Assembly: GCA_016213775.1 (NCBI GenBank)
Contig: JACQZR010000126.1
Coordinates: 16 to 64,015, forward strand
Source of the DNA: Acidobacteriota bacterium
Lineage (GTDB): Bacteria > Acidobacteriota > Terriglobia > Bryobacterales > Bryobacteraceae
Reading direction: 5' to 3'
DNA: 64,000 nucleotides
In this document: piece after piece, positions 17,514 to 25,066 of the stretch
Numbering within the stretch: position 1 is the stretch's first letter
Layout: each line of letters opens with the position of its first letter
Translations under genes and position numbers: made by a program
Notes under the pieces: generated by a model
What the model was told of the DNA's origin: nothing
Database searches by the model: none
Seen by the model: only the letters and a program-made list of their open reading frames with translations

Positions 17514-17565
17514 TTGACAGCACTTTCAAATTGCGCTACATTTTGTAGCGCGACATCTTGTAGCG
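17514..17565 (+). promoter_or_regulatory. sigma70-like promoter with BlaI/CopY-type TACA/TGTA operator
   Basis: TTGACA (17514-17519), a 17-nt spacer and TACATT (17537-17542). The perfect inverted repeat GCGCTACA-TTT-TGTAGCGC (17533-17551) overlaps the -10. An extra TTGTAGCG copy lies at 17558-17565. Confidence 0.6.
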
Positions 17566-17569
17566 AATC

Positions 17570-17956
17570 ATGAAACGAACTACCAAGCCTTTGAGCAGTC
17601 TCGAGCATGCCGTTCTCACCGTCCTTTGGGACCGGGCGCCAGCCACCGCCGAGCAGGTCCGCTTGGGGTTGGACCGCCCGTTGAAGGAATCCACCATTCG
17701 CACCATCCTCAAACGGCTGGAGGACAAGGGCTACGCTCGTCACAGCGTGGACGGCCGCACCAATCTCTACGCCGCCACATCGGCGCCGTCCAACGTTGCC
17801 GTCTCGGCGGTCCGTCAGATCATCGACCGCTTCTGTGGCGGCTCCGTTGAGCAGTTGCTGCTGGGCATGGTGGACGAGCGCGTGATCGACAAAGCCGAGT
17901 TGAAAAAGCTTGCGGAGCGTGTCGCCCGTCATGCAAAGAAGAAGGAGACCCACTGA
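17570..17956 (+). CDS. BlaI/MecI/CopY-family transcriptional repressor
   Basis: It has a winged helix: LEHAVLTVLWDRAPATAEQV...STIRTILKRLEDKGYARH. Confidence 0.9.
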   Translation: MKRTTKPLSSLEHAVLTVLWDRAPATAEQVRLGLDRPLKESTIRTILKRLEDKGYARHSVDGRTNLYAATSAPSNVAVSAVRQIIDRFCGGSVEQLLLGMVDERVIDKAELKKLAERVARHAKKKETH

Positions 17957-17957
17957 A

Positions 17958-19625
17958 ATGGAATGGATAGAATTCTTCGCCAGCGTTTCCTTGCGCGTCT
18001 GCGGACTCACCCTGCTTGGGGCATTGTGCATCGCCGCGTTTCGAATCACGAGCGCTTCGGCCCGTCACGCCGTGTGGAGCGCCGTGCTGTTCTCCCTGCC
18101 GTTGTTGTATCCACTGCTGCCGCCTCTTCCGCTTCGCATACTGCCGGCGACGGCTCCGCCTTCCGCCGCGCCACTGCGCGTGGCACCGCCACCGGTCGCG
18201 AATCCGACGCCCGCGCGGCGTTCCTCATGGCCGCCGTCGTGGGAGCAGAGCCTGCTTGGACTCTACGGCTTGGGCGCCGGCTTCTTTTTGATCCAACTCG
18301 CGGCGGGCTACCGTTTCACGCGCCGCATTGTGAACGGGGCCAAGCCGGTTCCATCGGCGCTCGGAGGCACTCTGCTGGTTGAATCAGAGGACATTCAAGT
18401 GCCGATGACAGCCGGTGCGTTCCAGCCGCGCATCCTGCTGCCGGCCGGTTGGCGCGAATGGCCCGAAGGGCGTCTACGCTCCGTGCTCGCGCACGAAGAA
18501 TCGCATGTGCGCCGTCAGGACTGGGCCGTCGCGCTGGGGGCGCGTTTGCTGCGGAGCCTGCTGTGGTTCCATCCGCTCGTATGGTGGTTGGAACGCAAAC
18601 TCGCCTCGCTCGCCGAGCAGGCCTGTGATGACGAAGCCTTGCTCTCGGTGGAGGACCGCGGTCTCTACGCGCAAGCCCTGCTCGACATCGCCGCCGACCT
18701 GCGCGACACACAGAGCAGGTTCCTCTCCACGGCGATGGCGCAGTCCAGCCGGATCGGCCACCGGTTGGATGCGATCCTCGACGAATCCCGCACGATTCCC
18801 AAACCGTTGCGTCGAGGCGCCCTGCCTGTATTGGCGGCAGCGGCCATGGTGTGTGCAATGGTACTTGGCTCCGTGCAACTGGCGCCCGCGAACCAGCAAG
18901 CCTCACCGCTTGGCCCGTACAGCAAGTGGCTGAATGAAGACGTGGTCTACATCATCTCGGACCAGGAGCGGGAAGCCTTCCTCCAGCTACGAACTGACGA
19001 GGAGCGCGAGCAGTTCATTGTGCAGTTCTGGCAGCGTCGCGATCCCACGCCGGCCACGATGGAGAACGAGTACAAAGAGGAACACTACCGCCGTATCCGC
19101 TATGCTAACGAGCGGTTCCGTGGTGCTTCCATAGCGGGGTGGCGAACCGATCGCGGCCGCACTTACATACTCTATGGACCGCCCGATGAGATTGAATCCC
19201 ATCCTAGCGGCGGATCGCACGAATCCCTGATCAAGACCCTAGGTCCGCAAGCAGGCCCAACCAGCGACACCAGCCCGTTCGAGATGTGGCGGTACACCAA
19301 ACCAGGCTGGATTTTTGGCTTCGTCGATCGCGAGAGGAACGGCAATTACACGATGATTCTCGTGGATTCGAATCCAGTCTCAATGGTCCAGTGCGCACCC
19401 GAGTACACCGAGTACACAGGTGTTCAGGGTTCTATGTCCCTTTCACTCACCATCGGCACCGATGGAACGGCACAGAATATCCGTGTCACTCGCTCGTTGC
19501 GTCCAGACCATGACCAGAGGGCCATTGAATGCGCGCGCATGTGGCGATGGTACCCGGCAATCCGGAACGGGAAACCAGTTGCCTTTGACATAGAACTCCA
19601 CGTGTCTTTCCACCCGAAAAACTAA
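17958..19625 (+). CDS. BlaR1-like M56 peptidase/sensor fused to GWxTD and TonB C-terminal domains
   Basis: ATG 17958 lies 1 nt after the blaI-like stop. N-terminal TM helices are followed by HEESHVRRQDW (HExxH), a GWxTD region (KWLNEDVVYIISDQEREAFL...GWRTDRGRTYILYGPPDEIE) and a TonB_C-like tail (GSMSLSLTIGTDGTAQNIRV...RWYPAIRNGKPV). Confidence 0.85.
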   Translation: MEWIEFFASVSLRVCGLTLLGALCIAAFRITSASARHAVWSAVLFSLPLLYPLLPPLPLRILPATAPPSAAPLRVAPPPVANPTPARRSSWPPSWEQSLLGLYGLGAGFFLIQLAAGYRFTRRIVNGAKPVPSALGGTLLVESEDIQVPMTAGAFQPRILLPAGWREWPEGRLRSVLAHEESHVRRQDWAVALGARLLRSLLWFHPLVWWLERKLASLAEQACDDEALLSVEDRGLYAQALLDIAADLRDTQSRFLSTAMAQSSRIGHRLDAILDESRTIPKPLRRGALPVLAAAAMVCAMVLGSVQLAPANQQASPLGPYSKWLNEDVVYIISDQEREAFLQLRTDEEREQFIVQFWQRRDPTPATMENEYKEEHYRRIRYANERFRGASIAGWRTDRGRTYILYGPPDEIESHPSGGSHESLIKTLGPQAGPTSDTSPFEMWRYTKPGWIFGFVDRERNGNYTMILVDSNPVSMVQCAPEYTEYTGVQGSMSLSLTIGTDGTAQNIRVTRSLRPDHDQRAIECARMWRWYPAIRNGKPVAFDIELHVSFHPKN

Positions 19626-20620
19626 ACGCGCTCGAGTTTGATCGGGTAAGTCTCGCCCGAGGCGAACTGCGCCACGTAGATGCTGTCCTCGTCATCCACG
19701 ATTAGGTCGTGTGGATGAAGGAACACATCTTCGGTATGCCGCATGGTCCGCAACTTGCCGTCGTTTCCGTACTCCGGCGCCGATCCGGCGATGTTCGACA
19801 GCACGCGCAACTCGCTGTCCAGCACGCTGACGAACCCGCGGCTGTTGCGGTCCCTGGGCCAGTTGTCGGCCAGATGTGCCACGTAGAACTTGCCATTGTG
19901 CAGCCGGATCTGGCGCGGATTGCCGCCCGGCAAATCCACCTGCTGCAGTTTCGCGCCGTCCAGCGACAGCCGCAGCAGATACTGCTGATCACTCATGGCG
20001 ATGAGCAGGGTGGGAGTGGCCGCGCGTAAATCGGCCATGCCGCCATGTGGGCCCCAGTGCACGATGCCGCCCTCGGCGCCGCCGAATATCCGCGTCATCT
20101 TGCCCTCGGCGTCAAACCGCAGAATATAGTCGCGCCCGTAGCCATCGAGCACAAAGAAACTGCCGTCGTTGAGGTGCAGCGTCCACGATGGTTTGTAATC
20201 CGCCTCTCTCGCGTACTTGCCTGTAGTGGCGGGCCAGCCCCACTCGTCCAAGACATTTCCATCGAGCGTTGTTTTGGCTACTTTGTGCGTCTGCAGGTCG
20301 GTGATGTAGAGCACTTCGCGAGCGCCTTCCTTCACGATGGACAGCCCGTGCGCTCCCGGAAACGACGTCCCCCACTTCGCCACCAGCTTGCCCCGCTTGT
20401 CGTAGACGATGACGTTGTTGGCCACGTGATCGGTGAGCAGGATGATATGTCCCGCGGCATCCCGCACCAGTCCGTGGCAGTTCTTTACCGGAGTTCTCTC
20501 GCCGAGCACACCCCAGCCCGGCACCACGCGGTAGCGATGGTCCCCCTGTCCCAGCACCGGATGAGCGGCCCTCACCCAAGGAGCGGCTGCGAGTGCCGCC
20601 ACACAAGTACGTCTCGTCAT
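19622..20620 (-). CDS. secreted six-bladed beta-propeller (NHL / amidating-lyase-like)
   Basis: It has a Tat-like N-terminus (MTRRTCVAALAAAPWVRA) and repeated HG..vd..G.i.v.D blades. Confidence 0.75.
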   Translation of the reverse strand: MTRRTCVAALAAAPWVRAAHPVLGQGDHRYRVVPGWGVLGERTPVKNCHGLVRDAAGHIILLTDHVANNVIVYDKRGKLVAKWGTSFPGAHGLSIVKEGAREVLYITDLQTHKVAKTTLDGNVLDEWGWPATTGKYAREADYKPSWTLHLNDGSFFVLDGYGRDYILRFDAEGKMTRIFGGAEGGIVHWGPHGGMADLRAATPTLLIAMSDQQYLLRLSLDGAKLQQVDLPGGNPRQIRLHNGKFYVAHLADNWPRDRNSRGFVSVLDSELRVLSNIAGSAPEYGNDGKLRTMRHTEDVFLHPHDLIVDDEDSIYVAQFASGETYPIKLERV

Positions 20621-20644
20621 AATGAGACCTATTCTAACCGTGCG

Positions 20645-22054
20645 CTACGGTTTGCCGAAGCAATACAGAGCCTTCTGCGTGCGGATGTAGACATGGTTGT
20701 CGTCCAACGCGGGAGTCGCCCAAATCTCCTCGCCGAGGTCGCTTACCGTGATCACATCCCAATCCGGGCCGGCCTTCAACGCCGCAACCTTGCCATCCTT
20801 GCTCGCCGTGAAGATCTTTCCATCGGCGGCCACTGGCGAGGCGAAGTACGCTTCCAGGGCTCCAGTAATGCGCCCCTGCTTCAGCATCTTTCCGGAAGTG
20901 GAATCGAGCGCCGTCAACACGCCGCCTTCTTTCAATACGTACAAAACGTCGTTGTAGAGAACCGGCGATGGAATATTCGGAAGCGACTTGTCGTGTTTCC
21001 ACAAGACGTTGGTGGCGGTGACGTCGCCCTTGCCGCCGAGCCGAATCGCGTAAAGACCGTTCCTGGCCTGGCCGCGCTTGCGATGCACCTCCCACTCTTG
21101 CGCGTCCACCAGCTTGTCCTTGTTGAGATCGAAGAGAAACCAGACAGGCTTCATCGCCGGATCAGGTGCCTCCTCCGCCGACAACTTCCCGTCGCCATCG
21201 GCATCCTTCTCCTTGAGGACGTCGGCGAACGGCGCCACGTCGTCCTTCTGCTGACCCAGTTCGCTCATCGAGGCCATCCACGAATGCACATACAGCACAT
21301 CGCCGCGCAGCACCGGCGTGGACTTCGCCTGCCATGCCATGCCCCAAACCCACCACAGCTTCTCGCCCGATTCCACTGAATAGGCCGCAAGCTGGTACGA
21401 TCCGGACACAATCACCTGCGCGCCGCCGCTCTTCGGCTGGTAGAACACTGGGGTCGAGAATCCGTGAATCGCCTCGGGCCGCTCGGTCTTCCACATCACT
21501 TTGCCAGTGGCCGCGTCGAGACTGAGCAGATACGAATTCGTGTCCTGATCGCAAAGCAGAATCACTTTGCCGCCGGTGAGAATCGGTGAGGCGCTCATGC
21601 CATACGGGTTATTGAACGCCGTTCCCGCATACCGCCAACGTTCCTCGCCTTTCGCGTTGTAGGAGAAGGCCCCGGCATCCTCAAAGAACACGTACACGTT
21701 CTCGCCATCGGTGGCAGGGGTAGCGGAAACCGGAGTGTTGACGCTGCGCCTGGTGACCTTCGCGCGAGGGGCCTCCTTGCGCCACAGTTCCTTGCCGCTG
21801 GCGCGATCGAGCGCGATGGTGAAGAGCTTCTCTCCCTCGAAAGCAGTAAGAAAAACCTGCCGCCCGGAGAGAACCGGCGAGGAGTAGCCCGGAGGGAGAG
21901 CCGTCTTCCACGCGAGGTTCTTATCCACCGCGAATGCGGTTGGCAGATTCTTCGCCTGCGCTACTCCGGCGCCGTTTGGGCCGCGAAACGACGTCCATGT
22001 GCTCTCCGCGGCTGCGACAGAGACAAAAAACAAAATCAGCGAGAATTGTTTCAT
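20645..22054 (-). CDS. PQQ-like (BamB-type) beta-propeller with inserted EF-hand pair
   Basis: ATG 22054 gives the signal peptide MKQFSLILFFVSVAAA. It has W..FRGPNGAG and repeated propeller blades. EF-hand loops are DADGDGKLSAEE and DLNKDKLVDAQE. It is a paralogue of 58243-59637. Confidence 0.85.
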   Translation of the reverse strand: MKQFSLILFFVSVAAAESTWTSFRGPNGAGVAQAKNLPTAFAVDKNLAWKTALPPGYSSPVLSGRQVFLTAFEGEKLFTIALDRASGKELWRKEAPRAKVTRRSVNTPVSATPATDGENVYVFFEDAGAFSYNAKGEERWRYAGTAFNNPYGMSASPILTGGKVILLCDQDTNSYLLSLDAATGKVMWKTERPEAIHGFSTPVFYQPKSGGAQVIVSGSYQLAAYSVESGEKLWWVWGMAWQAKSTPVLRGDVLYVHSWMASMSELGQQKDDVAPFADVLKEKDADGDGKLSAEEAPDPAMKPVWFLFDLNKDKLVDAQEWEVHRKRGQARNGLYAIRLGGKGDVTATNVLWKHDKSLPNIPSPVLYNDVLYVLKEGGVLTALDSTSGKMLKQGRITGALEAYFASPVAADGKIFTASKDGKVAALKAGPDWDVITVSDLGEEIWATPALDDNHVYIRTQKALYCFGKP

Positions 22055-22227
22055 CGAGACAATCACCCCTGTAGCTGAGGATAGCAGTCCGCCCTATCCA
22101 CACCCATCCAGCGTCTCGTAACATTTTCTTAGCGAGCGTGAACTGGAGTGGGGCGAAGCGGCTCGTAGCCGGGGCGATTCGGAGTTCTCCGTCTGCGTGC
22201 CATCACCGGCAACGCTATAAAGGAAGC

Positions 22228-23322
22228 ATGGAGTTATCGAGCGCGGCAAGGAAGAGACTCGTCAGTGCCGCCGTGATCTTTGGTGTGTGGGCCCTCTACG
22301 GCCTCAACTCCGCCATTCATACTCACTACCAGACCATGCTCGCGGGACGGCCCATCTACTGGGGACGCGCGTTCTTTGGCGAGTTTTCCTTCTGCATGAT
22401 CTGGGCATTGGTGACGCCGCTGATTCTCTGGCTGCGCAAACGCTGGCCCATAGCGCGCCCCCACCTGCTGCGCAGCATTGTTTACCATTTCTTTGCCGCC
22501 GCTCTATGCATTATCTTCACCAAAATCGCTTGGGACATACTCTATCGCTGGCCATCCGGATGGGTGAAGACCGGCTTCACGTGGAAGAAGGTGACCCTTT
22601 CGGTCGGCCAGATCTGGGACTCTGGCATCCTCTTGTACGCGATGGTTCTGCTCGCCGGTTACGCGGTGGAATACTACAACAACTTCCGTCAGGAGCAGCT
22701 TACCTCTGCGCGGCTGCGCGCCCAGATCGCGGAAGCCCAACTGCGCGCCCTCCGCATGCAGATTCACCCACATTTTCTCTTCAACACCCTGCACACAATT
22801 TCCGCGCTGGTGCAGGAAGACCCGCATGCAGCCGAGCGCACCATCGCGCGTCTCAGCGACCTTCTGCGCATCACTCTCGACAAACGCGATGACGCGGAGG
22901 TCCCGCTCTCGCGGGAACTGCAATTCCTCGACCTCTACCTGGAAATCGAACAGACACGGTACGAGGACCGCCTTGCTGTGCGCCGCGAAATTGCGCCCGA
23001 TGCCGGCGATGCGCTCGTGCCGAACTTCGTGCTGCAGCCGCTGGTGGAGAATGCAATCCGGCATGGCATCGCGAAAATCTCGCGCAGCGGCATGCTCACT
23101 ATCGGCGCGCAACGCAGCGACAATGAACTTGTGCTCAGTGTCCGCAACACCGGTCCCGGGCTGGACGAACCGGTCCACGACGGCATAGGTCTCGCCTCCA
23201 CTCGCTCGCGTCTGCAAGTGCTCTACGGCGACAACCAACGGCTGGAACTGCGGGAGGTGGAGGGCGGCGGAGTGGAAGCGCGCATCGTCCTCCCGTTCCG
23301 ATTGGCGGCGGACTCTGCATGA
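22228..23322 (+). CDS. LytS/YehU-type sensor histidine kinase
   Basis: A polytopic N-terminus is followed by the His_kinase motif HPHFLFNTLHTISALV and an HATPase_c tail. ATG 22228. Confidence 0.88.
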   Translation: MELSSAARKRLVSAAVIFGVWALYGLNSAIHTHYQTMLAGRPIYWGRAFFGEFSFCMIWALVTPLILWLRKRWPIARPHLLRSIVYHFFAAALCIIFTKIAWDILYRWPSGWVKTGFTWKKVTLSVGQIWDSGILLYAMVLLAGYAVEYYNNFRQEQLTSARLRAQIAEAQLRALRMQIHPHFLFNTLHTISALVQEDPHAAERTIARLSDLLRITLDKRDDAEVPLSRELQFLDLYLEIEQTRYEDRLAVRREIAPDAGDALVPNFVLQPLVENAIRHGIAKISRSGMLTIGAQRSDNELVLSVRNTGPGLDEPVHDGIGLASTRSRLQVLYGDNQRLELREVEGGGVEARIVLPFRLAADSA

Positions 23323-24080
23323 ACCAACTGAATGTGCTCATCGTTGACGACGAACGCCTCGCGCGCAAGCGTCTGCGCAACCTGCTGAAGCTATGTCCCG
23401 GCGTGAACGTCTCGGCTGAATGCGCGAACGGCCGCGAGGCCTTGGATGCGCTCGCCGCGTCCAAGCCGGACGTGATGTTCCTCGATATTCAGATGCCCGA
23501 ACTTGATGGCTTCGCGATGCTCGGCCAACTCAACGGACACAAGCTTCCGTTGATCGTGTTCGTCACCGCCTACGATCAATATGCCGTGCGCGCGTTTGAA
23601 GTGAACGCCGTGGACTACCTGCTGAAGCCCTTTGACCGCGAGCGTTTTGACAAGACCATGGAGCGTGTACGCGAACGTCTGCAAGCCGGCGCAGTTCAAC
23701 CCCCGGACCGGTTGGAGTCGTTGCTCGAAAGCCTCCGCCCGCGCAAGGAAGCTCGTATCGCCGTCCGTTCCGGCGGGAGCGTGCTGATGGTGAAGACCAC
23801 GGAAATCGACTGGGTGGAGGCCGCCGATAACTATATCTGCCTGCACTGCGGAGGCACCACGCACATCCTTCGGGAGACAATGTCGAGCTTCGGCAGCCTG
23901 CTCGACCCTGCAACATTCGTGCGCATTCACCGTTCCGCTATCGTCAACCTCGACCGCATCCAGCAATTGCAGCCCATGTTCCGCGGAGACTACCGCGTGG
24001 TGCTGCGCGACGGTACGCAGCTCACGCTCAGCCGCAACTACCGCGAGCGGCTGCAGGAACTGCTCCTGCGCTGGGATTGA
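23319..24080 (+). CDS. LytTR-family response regulator
   Basis: A receiver domain (VLIVDDE...PDVMFLDIQMP) is followed by a LytTR domain (IDWVEAADNYICLH...FVRIHRSAIVNL). Its start overlaps the kinase stop (ATGA). Confidence 0.92.
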   Translation: MNQLNVLIVDDERLARKRLRNLLKLCPGVNVSAECANGREALDALAASKPDVMFLDIQMPELDGFAMLGQLNGHKLPLIVFVTAYDQYAVRAFEVNAVDYLLKPFDRERFDKTMERVRERLQAGAVQPPDRLESLLESLRPRKEARIAVRSGGSVLMVKTTEIDWVEAADNYICLHCGGTTHILRETMSSFGSLLDPATFVRIHRSAIVNLDRIQQLQPMFRGDYRVVLRDGTQLTLSRNYRERLQELLLRWD

Positions 24081-25054
24081 TCCACTTGCAGTATCCTGCT
24101 CGTGTGACCTTCGTCCTCCTCGTGCTGGTACACACACTCTCCGCCGAAGTTATTGCCGTCGGCGAAAAACATTCCGATACCGTCAGTTTCTATGAAGGCG
24201 AAACCGGCCGCGTCATCCAACGTGTCAAGGTGGGCCACAAGCCGCACGAACTCGTTCTTGCTGGCGACAACCGGCATCTCTTCGTCGCCGATTACGGACT
24301 CACCCGCTGGACCGAGCCCGATCCCGGCGGACGCACCGTCACCGTCATCGACACCGCCAACTATCAGGTCACCGCCAAGATCGACCTCGGCGCGCACCGC
24401 CGCCCACACGGCATTGAGCTTGGTCCCTCCGGCAACATCTACGTGGTTTGTGGACGTCCCGGTGCGGTGCTGGTCATTGACCCCGCGCAAAGAAAAATCG
24501 TGCGCGAGATTCCGGTGGAAGGCAAAGACCCGCATATGATCGCGATCCTCCCCGATGAATCCAAGCTCTACGTCGCCAACGCGTCGAGCGGGAATGTCAC
24601 GGTAGTGGCCGGCGCCCGGCAGAAGCAGATCGAGATCGGTGGAGTGCCGATGGGCATGGCACTCACGCGCGACGGCAAGACACTCTACGCGACCAACCGT
24701 ACCGGCAACGCGGTAGCCGAGATCGACACGGGCACCGACACCGTGCGCGCATTCCACGAAATCTCGGGCGAGCCAGTCCGCGCGCGTCTCGTGCAAAACG
24801 ACCGGTTTCTCCTCATCACCACCATCGTCGCCGGCGACCTTGCCGTGATGAACACGCGTTCGAAGCAGGTGTTGCACCGCGTGCATGTCGGCAATCAGCT
24901 CGAAGGGATCGCCATCAGCCCCGACGAAAAGTACGTCTACGTATCCGCGCAGGCTGACAACTTCGTGCAGCGGCTCACCGCCGGCGATTGGCGTTTGCAG
25001 AATCAGATTCGTACGGCGGAACGGCCTGATCCCATAGCAGTGCTCCCACGATAG
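24077..25054 (+). CDS. secreted YVTN/YncE-like beta-propeller
   Basis: Repeated G..P.g.a..pdg..lYvan blades. The start is TTG 24077 (overlapping the regulator stop) or GTG 24104, which gives the signal peptide VTFVLLVLVHTLSA. Confidence 0.8.
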   Translation: MIHLQYPARVTFVLLVLVHTLSAEVIAVGEKHSDTVSFYEGETGRVIQRVKVGHKPHELVLAGDNRHLFVADYGLTRWTEPDPGGRTVTVIDTANYQVTAKIDLGAHRRPHGIELGPSGNIYVVCGRPGAVLVIDPAQRKIVREIPVEGKDPHMIAILPDESKLYVANASSGNVTVVAGARQKQIEIGGVPMGMALTRDGKTLYATNRTGNAVAEIDTGTDTVRAFHEISGEPVRARLVQNDRFLLITTIVAGDLAVMNTRSKQVLHRVHVGNQLEGIAISPDEKYVYVSAQADNFVQRLTAGDWRLQNQIRTAERPDPIAVLPR

Positions 25055-25066
25055 AATAGACATCCG

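Noticed and set aside
19366-19386. A GGATTCGAATCC T-loop-like palindrome.
   Set aside because: It lies inside the BlaR1-like coding frame (VDSNPV) and has no flanking cloverleaf.
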